The notes under the pieces are model-generated. The model saw only the letters and a program-made list of their open reading frames with translations, was not told the origin of the DNA and did not search any database. From contig OX597832.1 of the NCBI GenBank assembly GCA_951406725.2, forward strand, positions 63,116,001 to 63,180,000: DNA of 64,000 bases, in the 5' to 3' direction. How positions within the stretch are numbered: the stretch's first letter is position 1; every line of letters starts with the position of its first letter. This stretch comes from Octopus vulgaris (Eukaryota). This document shows positions 39,430 to 52,800 of the stretch, in pieces. The position numbers and the translations under genes were made by a program.

Positions 39430-39803
39430 TTCTTACTGGTTTCAGCCGTTTGACTGCGGCCATGCTGGTGCACTGCCTTTAGCCGAACAAATCGGCCCCA
39501 AGACTTATTCTTTATAAGCCTAGTACTTATTCTATCGGTCTCTTTTTGCCGAACCGCTAAGTTACGGGGACGTAAACACACCAGCATCGGTTGTCAAGCG
39601 ATGGTGGGGGGACGAACACACACACAAATACATATATATATATATATATATATATATTGGGCTTCTTCCAGTTTCCATCTACCAAATCCACTCACACGGC
39701 TTCGGGCGACCTGAGGTTATAGTCGAAGACACTTGCCCGAGGTTTCACGCAGTGGGACTGAACCCAGAACAACGTGGCTGGGAAGCAATCTTACTACACA
39801 GCC
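39070..39803. mobile_element. Tail-to-tail inverted pair of SINE family A
   Basis: A + copy at ~39070-39392 and a - copy at ~39431-39803, separated by (TG)(TA)n. Confidence 0.8.
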
Positions 39804-40100
39804 ATATATATTTTCGTTTTTGTACTTGGTTTGCAAGATTCTTTATGTGAATTCGTATGTTGAAGCATATTTCATTGTATAGAGAGAGTCATTCACTTTT
39901 AGTGCCCATCTGATTTCCACTCATTAACTTATTTATTTTTACTAAAATTTCCGTTGCGTCTTGCAACCTTTGCAATAGTCAACGACTATTTTAGTAAAAA
40001 TAAGTTAATAAGTGGAAATCAGACCAGTGAGTGTGTTAAATTAATAAGGCACTAAAAGAGAATGACTCACCCCAGACAGTTATATATATATATATATATA

Positions 40101-40535
40101 CTCTCTCCAGCGCCGCCGTGAACGATACATCATTTGCCCGATGGGGAAAATATACCGCCAGTATTGCCCAAACGACCTGAACATTAGCTTCAAAGTTCAT
40201 CCAGGGTTGGGACCACGAGCCATACGTCCCCTGCCCAATTCAGGATCACAACATATAGGTACACTGCGACACAATTTCTTTCCCTCAGCAGGCCCTGCCC
40301 TGTTTAACAGTGTCCCAAAACTGATCAAAAAGGAAAAGAATCCTATTACCTTTAAACGAAGTCTGGACAAATTTCTTCAAGGAATACCAGATAAGCCACC
40401 TATACCTGGATACAACTCAACAAGAACTCACTACTTGAATGGACCATAATACCACAAAACTTGACTTAAAAAGGATTTAGATAATCCTATTAAGTTAGAC
40501 ATGGCCTGGACCAATCATTGGTCGAAACATATCTA
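40101..40535 (+). mobile_element. CR1/L2-group LINE 3' remnant
   Basis: SLQRRRERYII...NFF...GPALFNSVP...FKRSLDKFL..IPDKP..PGY, the post-RT C-terminal motifs. Confidence 0.75.
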
Positions 40536-40550
40536 TGTTTATATATATAG

Positions 40551-40912
40551 TGGAGGCACAATGGCCCAGTGGTTAGGACAGCGGACCCGTGGTCATAGTA
40601 TCGCGGTTTCGATTTCCAGACCGGGCGTTGTGAGTGTTTATTGAGCGAGGCTCCGACAGGGAGTGGTGGAGAACCTTGCTGTACTCTTTCACCACAACTT
40701 TCTCTCACTCTTTCTTCCCGTTTCTGTTGTACCTGTATTTCAAAGGGCCAGCCTTGTCACACTCTATGTCACGCTGACTCTCCCCGAGAACTACGTTAAG
40801 GGTACACGTGTCTGTAGAGTGCTCAGCCACTTGCACGTTGATTTCACGAGCAGGCTGTTCCGTTGATCGGATCAACTGGAACCCTCGTCGTCGTAACCGA
40901 CGGGATGCCACG
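40551..40912 (+). mobile_element. tRNA-derived SINE family C
   Basis: ggaggcacaatggcccagtggttagg...ggtttcgatttcc head. Related heads at ~7734, 34300, 37885 and 43637. Confidence 0.7.
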
Positions 40913-41902
40913 TTGATGTATATATACATATATATCTATCCTCTATGCAAAATTCTTTAGTTTTATTCTGCCAGTCTTCTACTCTCCCGAGTCTACCCTT
41001 TGAGAACATGGACTATTTAAGCTTCAATCAAAGAGAACTGGTTCACGTGACATCAGTGGTTCGGTATGAAACATGTAGAGATCCAGTTTTCCTTCTAACC
41101 CTGTATGATTTGACCAGAGGAACATCTCTTATTTGACCTACGACTGGGACCCTTCACACAGAATCTGAACCAGAGCAGACCTTGGGTTAACTCCGTTTTT
41201 CAAAGACTCCTGACTCTCAAGCGTGAGTCATACCCTTGGAAGATGAGTGGTATAATAAAACCAATTTGTAACCACACCTCACACTCATCAAGGCTCACAC
41301 TCGGACATACAGACGCTCTCCTCACCCCGATCTCTCTCTCCCTCTCTTTCTTTCTCACTGTTTTTCTTTCAAACTCATCCGCAACGCATGTACATACGTA
41401 CACACACACACACACTCTCTCTCTCTCTCATGCTAATACTATCGCATGTGAACATTTACGCATAAACGCTCTCTCTCTCTTTCCTTCTCTTTCTCTCTCC
41501 CACACACACACTTTCTCTTTAAAACACATACACACACTAGCGCACGCTCTTTCACACACACACACCACCACCAACAACAACAACGAGCTGCGTCTCTTCC
41601 ACAGAACCATGTCCGCTGCATTCGCAGAGATCTTTAAACCCGTTGGTTTCTCAATTGGTAATTGTAATAAAGCGACTAACAGGATACTATTGGGTGTTAA
41701 TTAGAAAATACAAGGACATAATTATTTATTGATTAATGAAAAAGAGAGAGAAAGAGCAAAATGACTGTTCTATCTTAACCACAAACAATCACCATTTTTA
41801 TTTGAAGCTAAACCTTCGTTGTTAAGTGGTATGTATCGATATATTTGCGGGAGAGAAGTAGGTTATCCAACAAAAGGCTGCATTGATTGAGTCAACGAAC
41901 AG

Positions 41903-41937
<35 letters not shown>

Positions 41938-42211
41938 CGGGTGTAGGAGAGAGGGAGAGACAGAGAGAGATTGTTTTGAAATGTGGACAGAAAGCCAATT
42001 CCAGGATACGATCATTCGATCCACACATCTGTGTGTTTTTACATAAATGTGTGTGTATTTGTATATATGTGTATGTGTGAGTATAAATACGTGTAGTTAA
42101 TGTATGTAAGCATGCATTGCATGTATGTGTCTGTGTGTGCATAGACAAATATGTATCAGCGCGTATGTGTGTTTATGTCTATATGTGTTGACGTATGTTT
42201 GTGCGTGCGTG

Positions 42212-42271
<60 letters not shown>

Positions 42272-42849
42272 CGTGTATTTCTCTGTATGTTTATGTTTCT
42301 GCGTGTATGTGACAGTATATCTCAAAGGGTGGCTTATGCCCACATTTAGCTGTTGGTATATTCGCGACTGCCTGTGTGGAATGTATAATAACACTACACA
42401 CATAATGTCAAGTAATATTTTATTAGTACAGATCCCTACAAAGACTATTAGGGGTTGCACCCTAAGTTAATGCCTTGCCTAGCTTGTTATTGAGCCCTCT
42501 ACTCTTTGCTGGAGTCGTAAAATCATTGTCCTAACATACGGTGTGATTTAAGTCTTTTTTATTTTTTTTCCTTGACCTTGTAGTCAAGCATGCATCTTTC
42601 TGCAAGCTTGACTGGAGCCGATTCCTTCCAGAGCAAAAACAGACAAACAGAAAGAAAGGTGGAGAAGAATCTACCACTGTACACGATTGGCATTTTATTT
42701 ATCGATACCAGAAAAGGATCGAAGGCAAATCAGACCCTCGGTGGGGTTTGAACTCAGAGCGCAGAGAGCCGGACCAATTACTGCAAAGCAATGTATACCA
42801 ACTCTCTAACGATTCTTCTAACGTTGGTTAATGACGGCTCGTAATTTGA

Positions 42850-43075
42850 AATATCCATCGCTGGGTTGTGTGGGCTTTGTGAGAAGGTGTTTGTTATTGA
42901 AACCTGTATGGCCTTCCATTGCGTACATCGTCCATCCAGGATTTAACAATTGCCTCCAACACCTTAACGTATCAAGCAGTATTAATTCTAAGACTGGGAA
43001 GATGTTCGGTGATATAACATGATCTTCGTTACTAACCTCTCCTAAAACCATCACAGTTGCCGAAAAGAGCTGCGA
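42850..43075 (-). pseudogene. IS630-Tc1-mariner (maT/DD37D-like) transposase fragment
   Basis: ATVMVLG.VSNE.HV..P..FP followed, after a frameshift, by ..VVKSWMDDVRNGRPY.FQQ. Confidence 0.6.
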
Positions 43076-44301
43076 CAATTATAATATTTTGTGTGATGAG
43101 ATTTTCTTTAGGTTCATCCACTATATTTAAACCACAGACTCTGAAGTTTAGAAGAAACATAAGTTAAAATAATAATAAACATTTACAGTTCTATATTTAA
43201 GAGATGAGGTATTATGTACTTTATTTACATTTGACGGATATTTGTCCTCACCTTGTTTGTTGTTAACACGGGCATATGGCGTAGTAGTAAAGAGCGCGGG
43301 GTACTAACCCCAAGATTCCGAGTTCGATTCCAGACAATGACCGGAATATTAATGATGATGATGATGATAATAATAATAATATCCAATAACCCAGTTTCTA
43401 AATGAAGGCTGGGGGGTATATCAGCCAAAACGTTGTGTTAACAACAGAGATGAGGTCAAATGTAAATAATGTAAATAAACATTTAATTTCGTAAAAGAAA
43501 TAAATTGCTTCTTTAACAAAATTTAAACAAGGTTTCACAATATTTTAGACTAGAAAGTGCAAGACTCATGATATTTGGGGGCGTACTCTCACGAATTATT
43601 TTCACGATTTTATACGAATCCTGGGCCACATGCATGAAGGCGTGTGAGCGAGTGGTTAGGGTATTGCTTTCATGATGGCAAGATTATGGTTTCGATTTCC
43701 AAACCAGTCGATGCGTTGTGCTGCTGAACACTTCATGTTGCCTCCTGTCCACTTAGCTAGAAATAAGTAACCTTGTGATGAATTGGCTTCCCGTCCAGTG
43801 GAGGACGTTGTGATCGTACTCACTTTTACATCATGAAACCGTACGAGGTCCCAGGACAACACTTACTTTGCCCCGTGTGTGAGTGAATCTATATGTTGTC
43901 TTGTGGAAGACATGGTGAAATCAGTGAAATCCGAAATCTCAGTCTTCGATTACCGAGTTGAAAAGAGAATTAACGGAAACCGGTTTGCATGGAGCTCGAT
44001 TGCAATCGTTCAAATAATGTATGAAGACATTACTTAAGACATGCACTCACAAAAGTAAACATGTATTGATGTAATAAATAATATAGGCATGAGAATGTAG
44101 TCTCTACATGTCTGGTGGGAGACACTCACACACACACGCACGTACACTCTTTAGTACTTTTGTTTTGAGACGTTCTTTGTCTTGTTTTCTCCATTGACAA
44201 TATGCAATGTGGTTTTGTTTGTCTCACAGCCTCTTTCCGTTTTCTTTCATTGACGCTTATTAATAAGACTACGTATACGACTGTGTCAGACAAAGTGTGT
44301 G

Positions 44302-44347
<46 letters not shown>

Positions 44348-44471
44348 GTATATATATATGTATATATATATATATATGTATATATATATGAGATAGATAG
44401 ATATGTATATATATATGTATATATATATATGTATATATATATGTATATATATATATATGTATATATATATG

Positions 44472-44542
<71 letters not shown>

Positions 44543-44795
44543 CTGAAATTTTCAGAAAAACAAAAGACGAAGACGTGTATAAACAACAAATAGGTGTATT
44601 AGTTTAACGCTCAGGAAGGTGAGAAAGTCTTTTACGTTTCGAGACTACACACTTCAACAGAAATGAATACGAGGAAATAAAGAGAGGGAGAATATAAAAA
44701 ACTTTTGGAGATAGCGGTCAATCATGTATGTATGTATGTATGTATGTATGTATGAATTATGTATGTATGTATGTACGTATGTACGTACGTACGTA

Positions 44796-45006
44796 CAGGT
44801 TTGGTCAAATGTTACTTGACAGTAAATCAAAACCATTTAATTCCAAGAATGAATTTAATAAAAGCAACTAAATATGAAACACCACGAAAATTGCTCAAAC
44901 TGAAGTCCTTCTTGAGTGAGACATTTTTCCATTCGAGCCAATACAGAATTACAGATGGTATTTCTGGAATTTTGTTTTTTTCTCGAGTGACTTTTGGCCA
45001 ACCCTG
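44796..45006. mobile_element. Tc1/mariner-type MITE
   Basis: TA-caggtttggtcaaatgttact ... agtgacttttggccaaccctg-TA. Confidence 0.7.
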
Positions 45007-45070
45007 TATATCCATAGCTTTGTGTTTACATGCATTTATGTACGTGCGTATGTATATATAACACATATAC

Positions 45071-45109
<39 letters not shown>

Positions 45110-45285
45110 CAGGCGTGGCTGTGTGATAAGAAGCTTGTTTCCCAACCACATGGTTCCGGGTCCAGTCCCATTGTGGGTCAACTTGGGCAAGTGTCTTCTA
45201 CTATAGCCTCGGGCTGACCAAAGCCTTGTAAGTGGATTTGCTAGACGGAAACTCAAAGAAACCCGTCGTATATAAACTTACTTGG

Positions 45286-45342
<57 letters not shown>

Positions 45343-46000
45343 TATATGTGTGTGTTTGTCCCTCCACCATCACTTGTTAATCGATGTTGGTGTGTATAAG
45401 TACCCGTAATTTAGCAGTTCGGCATAAGAAACCGATACAGTAAATACCATGGGGTCTATTTCTTCGACTAAAAGACGGTGCTCCAGCATGGCCACAGTCA
45501 AAATGATTGAAAGAAGTAAAAGAAAAAGAATAAAATGTGTATTATATATATATATATATATACAACACACACATATACATATACACTATACAGGAGTGGC
45601 TGTGTGGTAAGAAGCTTGCTAACCAACCACATGGTTCCGGGTTCAGTCCCACTGCGTGGCATCTTGGGCAAGTGTCTTCTGCTATAGCCCCGGGCCGACC
45701 AATGCCTTGTGAGTGGATTTGGTAGACAGAAACTGAAAGAAGCCTGTCGTATATATGTATATATATATATATATAAGTATGTGTGTATATGTTTGTGTGT
45801 CTGTGTTTGTCCTCCTAGCATTGCTTGACAACCGATGCTGGTGTGTTTATGTCCCCGTCACTTAGCGGTTCGGCAAAAGAGACCGATAGAATAAGTACTG
45901 GGCTTACAAAGAATAAGTCCCGGGGTCGATTTGCTCGACTAAAGGCGGTGCTCCAGCATGGCCGCAGTCAAATGACTGAAACAAGTAAAAGAGTAAAAGA
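45110..46000 (+). mobile_element. Two tandem SINE family A copies
   Basis: Copies at ~45110-45530 and ~45591-46000. Confidence 0.85.
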
Positions 46001-46624
46001 ATATATGCACACTATATATATATATATATATATACACACACGTGTGTATATACATATATATGTGTGTGTAAATGGATGATTGTAAAATGCATGTGGAAAT
46101 GTTTGCGTATAGAGGTGCATATGCTAGGAACCTAGTAAAATTCAATCTCACCATTGTACCTGCATCAGGGTGGCCATATTGGCAAATATAATTACATACA
46201 AAAAAAGCGAAAACTTGAGTCATTTTAAAAAAGAAGAATCGGTTATAGTGTTTTTACGGTACTTTATTTATCGATCCTTTTCTACTCTAGGCACAAGGCC
46301 TGAAATTTCTGGAGAGGGAGCCAGTCGATTAGATCGGCCCCTATACGCAACTAGTACTTAATTTATCGACCCCGAAAGGATGAAAAGCCAGTGTGAAGTA
46401 AAATGCAAACAGCCCGACTGTTGGTACCCACAACTCTTCAGCTTGAAGTGACGTGTGTATTGTAAGTTGTATCGTATAACAAACGAGCAAGCTTGCTTGC
46501 TATACTTTGCTGGAAGAAAATTTATAGAACGGATTTGCTTCATACAAGAGGTTGCATGAACATGATTAATAACTAATCAACGAACACTATTGATGCCTTC
46601 AAATATATAGTATGAAACTTTCCT

Positions 46625-46804
46625 TTTATTAGTTTCAGCCATTAGGCTACGGCCATGCTTGGGCAACGCCTTGAATTTATATCGAATGAATCAACCCCAA
46701 TATTTATACATTTTTAGCCTGATGGTTAGTCTATCGGTCTCTTCTGTTGAACTGTTAAGTTACGGAGACTTAAACACACCAATACAGGTTGTCAAGCGGT
46801 TGTT

Positions 46805-46870
<66 letters not shown>

Positions 46871-47030
46871 CATACACGATAGGCTTCTTTCAGTTTCCGC
46901 GTACCAAATCCACTCACAAGGCTTTGGTCGGCCCGAGGCTATAATGGAAGGTAGTTGCCCATGATGTCATGCAGTGAAATTGAACAGGGGACCATGTGGT
47001 CGGGAAGCAGGCTTTTCACACAGCCACGAC
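46625..47030 (-). mobile_element. SINE family A
   Basis: Reverse-complement homology. Confidence 0.75.
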
Positions 47031-47427
47031 TGTGCCTATTATTCAATAGAAATTTGCACAGTGTCACGGGGTGACCTTCTGACCTTGGTACAAAAAAAAC
47101 CTCAAGTAGAAACGACAACAGGAAGACTTTTTGCTTACTATATACGCTGTGTCTATTGTCATACTTCAATGTCTGTGTGTGCATTGAATTTTTTGTAATG
47201 AACAGTATATAATGACTGTTATTGTTGTTGTTTAACTTCAGCACATACCTTATCAGGCCAATCAGTGATCGAATGCATTTCATCCGTAACAGTCACACCT
47301 TAACACGGTTGTGTAGGGTTACATTATTTAATGCAGGTTTGGATGACCTTCTTCTCGCAGTAGGCGATCGTAAAGTCTGAACACATAGGAAATCTCATTA
47401 ACTATATTTTTTTACCTATATATTTTA

Positions 47428-48262
47428 CTAGCTTAAGGTGACTCGCTCTACGCGCGGGTAAGAGTGTGGTTGTTACTTTCTGTTGCTTCCTTTCTATTTT
47501 TTATCACCACATTCTCCCTCTTTGTTTCTCTCTCACTTTCCCACTCTCTTACTCTTCCTTTCTTTTGGACTCTCCCTCGCTTTCTCTTAATCTCTATCTT
47601 TCTCTATCTATCTCTCATTTATAAACAACAAAAGATCTTGAGTAAGTTGAGAAAGAAAATATTTTGAAAGATCAATCATAAATATCAGGCAGTGACAACG
47701 GAAAGGTCTGCTTCAAGGCAGACAGCAAAACACTAACATTTAAAAGGGACAGACGAACTTGCGAGCTGAATAAAAATTTAAAAAATATTGGAAATCAAAG
47801 TTTGAAGGGATAGAATCTGAGGATAGTAGAGTCACCATGGCTGGCATTTCTTAGTGACGGACAGCAACGTAGTGGCAGTTTAACGGCTGGCGTAAAATTT
47901 TGAACTTGATGTAAAAGAAAATTCCTAAACACCAAGTTTTGAAGTGATTCTTTCTCACAACAGTAGACTTGACGATTTAAAGGCTGGCGCAAATTTTTTA
48001 GCTTGATGTAACAGAGAATTCCTAAACACCCGCTCCTGTAAATTTTAATCCCCTTCCAGCCCCATTTAGACCTCTTTTCACATTTTGGTTAATATAACCC
48101 GATTTCATTCGGGTCTACTCGGGCCACATTTTATAAGATGAGGAATTTTGTCCTAGAGGTTACGCCTTTCATTTGAGGAAAAAAATAGTTGCCATGCAAA
48201 CTCACCTGCACTTTTAACATAGGTGTGCATATTTTCAGCTCTACAGACCACATAATGCACAC

Positions 48263-48338
<76 letters not shown>

Positions 48339-48849
48339 TGTGTGTACATATATACACATATTTATATGTAGAACACACACATATATGAATTAACCCAATA
48401 AATATCTGATTCATAATATTTGTTCTCATGATTGTGTGGTGGTGGTGGTGGTGGCGATGATAATTCTCTTTATGAATGTAGACAGACGTAGAGAGAGGGG
48501 GGGAATGTGGGAGAGTGACAGCGCTGGCGATGATGGCGGGGCAAAGATAGTAGACGCTGTCAAACGACGTTATAGAGAGAAAGTGAAAGGAAGGGAGGAA
48601 AGAGAGAGAGACGGAGGAAGACAGGCAGATAAGAGAATGAGAGAAGACTTGTCAAAGTGTGCGTTTTTTGTCCTAGTAACCACACCTTTTAAGATAAGGA
48701 TTTCTAATCTAGCCCACTCACATCCTCACCTCATTTTACATGTCCCTGTAAATTTTGGAGTCAATCCGACGGGATCGAGTGCCTTTTAACACGTTCTAAT
48801 GCCAAAACCAGACAAACAAACATTCTCATTTCAGAATTATAGATATTGA
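47428..48849 (-). mobile_element. Non-autonomous Helitron
   Basis: On the minus strand, A|TCAATATCTATA at the 5' end and a GC-rich hairpin followed by CTAG|T at the 3' end. Homologous to 52801-53926. Confidence 0.75.
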
Positions 48850-49794
48850 TATATATTTTACCTATATAATTTTGCCTACTATATTTGTTCACCTCCATAG
48901 ATTAAATATGGTTTTGCGTCCAAATTGACGGTAACGTGGAGTTATTGCATTGATATTCACGTAAATGTTGCAAAGCACATTGGCTTTTGCATTACAAATG
49001 GTGGAAATCCTATTAAAGATGTTATTTGTTAATATTGCGATTGAATAAAATGTTGTTGGAAATTTTACGTGTATTTCTTGAAAATAGACATTTTGCCTAT
49101 GTGTCCGGACTTTCGGGACACCCTGTTTATCGGGCCATATCTGGGAAAAAAATTATTCATTTTAGTATGAAGTACAGAGTACAGCATGTGGTGGATCTCC
49201 GTCGTATGACGACGAGGATTTAGTTGTTTGATCAACTGAACTATCTCCTGTGTTGGAATTTTATCAGCTAAGCATTCCGCAGATACGTGCACCCTTGACA
49301 TAATTCTAAAGAAGAATCGGCATGACAGAATGTGTAACACGACTATACCTTTTTGAATTGCAGATACTATCTAGCCCCGTCCTCCGCGGGCTTTTTTATA
49401 GTTTTCCTTTACTCAGTCTCACAAGGTATGGAGTTAACCCGAAGCTATAAAAAGAAACATTTGTTTTATCTGTTACATAGAGATCGAACCCAGAACCTCA
49501 TGATTGCAAAGCGAACTTCTTTTCGGCCATACTCTGGCTACAGAAGTCGAATGCAACGACCATTTAATTGTTTTTGAAGCCTTCTCTGTCTGTCTGTTCA
49601 TCAATCCCTATTTCTGAGTCGTACAAAGGAACTGGCTCAATGAAAGCACGAACAGTATTGACTTAACGGGGTAGCATATAATTGGAGCTCCCAAATGTTG
49701 GCTAATTTGTAACAAGTCGATGGTTTCGATGGTTTTCAGGAGAAAATATCTTTATCTGACTTTATATGAAGCTTAGTATTTAGAATAATGCCCA

Positions 49795-50010
49795 CGTGTC
49801 TGTGTTTGTCCCCTAGCATTGCTTGACAACCGATGCTGGTGCGTTTATGTCCCCGTTACTTAGCGGTTCGGCAAAAGAGACCGATAGAATAAGTACTGGG
49901 CTTACAAAAGAATAAGTCCCGGGGTCGAGTTGCTCGATTAAAGGCGGCGCTCCAGCATGGCCGCAGTCAAATGACTGAAACAAGTAAAAGAGAGAAAAGA
50001 AAAGAAAAAG
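49795..50010 (+). mobile_element. SINE family A, 3' half
   Basis: Near-identical to 5338-5545. Confidence 0.8.
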
Positions 50011-50446
50011 AGAGTTCAGCATAGTCTCGCTTTAGACATTAATTTGTAAACTGCACCGTCATTTGATGTTTATAGCTAAGAATAGACAACGAAGCCGTGT
50101 CCATCACCACTCGCTAACCCTGACCGGGAAGGACTATTTTATTGGAAACAAGAGTCACCAACAATAGTTTAAAATATGCATATACATACGTGTGTGTGTG
50201 TGTGTGTACACACCACAAATTCCTAAATATCCGATAAAGAACAACGCAAACATGAACTTCGACGATCTGGAGAAATACTTGGCATGACTTAACACAATGA
50301 TCTTACGACTCCTTGACATGTCTTAATACAATAATCTTAAGACTTGTCTTACTGGTTTGGCAACTTTTAAAGAAAGCATTTCAGTGCCCTGACTAATAAA
50401 TCTTTCGGAAACAAGTTCAGCTTCCTCTACTTTCTCATATATAGAT

Positions 50447-50549
<103 letters not shown>

Positions 50550-50884
50550 AGGAAAGAAAGAAAGAAAGAAAGAAGCAAACAAAGAGACTAACACACCGAG
50601 TGGGCTAGGTAGCAGATACAATACTTGGACTTAAAAGCATGACATTTCGGGTGTAACTATTGTCGACTGACTTATGTAACCGTGATGTGGGTAGGTGGAA
50701 TGCATGTATGAGCGTCGTTGTTTGTGTTTCTCAAGATATAAGAAAGGTTGAAGGTGGGTTAACTTATTATGACAATATGCTTCTGCTCTACTTTGTAGCT
50801 TTGATACCAGTATTTCTACATGTTGTTGGTTTCATTGTTGCTGCATTTTGTATTCGTTAACCTTGTGGTAAATACATAAAAAGC

Positions 50885-51100
50885 TATTCTTTTCTACTCT
50901 AGGCACAAGGCCTGAAACTTTTGGGGAGGTGGCCAGTCGATTAGATCGACCCCAGTACGCAACTGGTGCTTAATTTATCAACCCCGAAAGGATGAAAGGC
51001 AAAGTCAACCTCGGCGGAATTTGAACTCAGAACGTAAAGACAGACGAAATACCGCTAAGCATTTCGCCCAGCGTGCTAACGTTTCTGACAGATCGCTGCC
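50885..51100 (-). mobile_element. SINE family B
   Basis: Reverse complement of 26041-26255. Confidence 0.8.
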
Positions 51101-51111
51101 TTATAAAAAGC

Positions 51112-51169
<58 letters not shown>

Positions 51170-51730
51170 GAGTGAGAGAGCAGTGCATGCCATCAAAGTG
51201 ACACTGGGGTAAAATATACGAAGCCTTGTATATCCATCATGTCAACCCGTCTGATAAGGGTACACTAGGTACATGCATTACAACAATGTGTGTGCGACAT
51301 TGTGATCTCATATCAAGATAAACAGCGCATGACCTTGCAGGTGGCGCCTAGTTAGAATTTTCTTCTGGTCGAGTAACCCATCTCGCTCAAAAGGTCCCTG
51401 AATAAGGGTTGTTTAAGGATGTTGAACGAAACACCCATGTTTCCAGAGGTGAATTATTCAAACGTCCAATAATCCCTCTCAACACATAGCTATGATGCCC
51501 CACCACCACCACTACTTCTGCTCGTGATCGGAGATGCACATATCGTCAGCCACTAAGGGACATGCTCAACTGGTTAAGGTCAAACAACTGACAAGCAAAT
51601 CTGTGTTATTGAGCAGAATATTTTCTGTAGCCCATCTTTCATACCAAGACAAAACAGTGTACATGATGACACTTCCAGTCAATGAAGATCAGAAGCCATG
51701 AGAGCCACTGCTTGGTACTGCATTAGGGCA
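51170..51730 (-). mobile_element. Non-coding interspersed element inserted in an (ATT)n microsatellite (possibly R4/Dong-related)
   Basis: Complex 560-bp block flanked on both sides by (TTA)n. The family assignment is inference from the target only. Confidence 0.4.
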
Positions 51731-52662
51731 TTATCATTATTATTATTATTATTATTATTACTATTAGGGCGGTAGCGATTGTGTAGAATCGTTAGCACAT
51801 CGAAAAAATGTGAAACGACATTTCTTCCGGCTTCATGCTCAGCGTTCAAATTCAGCTGACGCCACCTTTTTTTTATTCTTTCATTCTTTCATGATCGACA
51901 AAATAGAGTACCAGTCAAGTACTTGAGTCGATAAAATTGACTAGCCCCCTCCCCCAAATTTCAGGCCTTGTGACTATAGTAGACAGTGTTATTATCATTA
52001 TTGTTGTTGCTGCTGATTTTAGGGTGGTAGCAATCTAATAGAATTGTTAGCGCGTCGGACAAAATTCTCAGTGGCATTTCTTCCGGCTTTATGTTCTGAG
52101 GACTAGCCCTCTCCCGCTAAATTTCATGCCCTGTCCCTATAGGTGAAAGGGTTATTACTATCAATATCTATAAAGCTGAAATGCGAAAAAGTTGTTTCTC
52201 ATTTTGGGATGGGAACGGTAGCTGGGGTCGGATTGGCGCCAACATTTACAGGGACATGTAAAAAGAGGCGAGGAAGCGACTGGACTAGGTTAGAAACCCC
52301 TATCTCAAAAGCTGTGGTTACTAGGGCAACAAAACCCAGACTTTGACAAGTTTTTGTCGTTTCTCTCTTTAGGATATCAACCTATCTTCATCGATCTCTC
52401 TCTTTCCTTCCTTCCCTTCAATTTCTCTCTATAACGACGTTTGACACCTTCCACTCTCATTCCATCGCCTTCGCCGTCTCTGTGTCACTCTTTGTTCAAC
52501 CACCTCTCTCACTTCACGTCTGTCTGTATCTATAGAGAGAAAGCGTTGACAGCAGCAAAAGTTTAAATATTCTCGTCACAGGTCTTTTAGAACGGTGAAT
52601 TATTATCGCCCACCACCACCGCACAATCATAACAGATATTATTAATCAGATATATTGTGTCA

Positions 52663-52789
<127 letters not shown>

Positions 52790-52800
52790 CGTGTGTGTAA

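Noticed and set aside
43271-43334. tRNA gene (also the heads at 7734 and 40551)
   Set aside because: A and B boxes are present but there is no complete acceptor stem. These are SINE heads.
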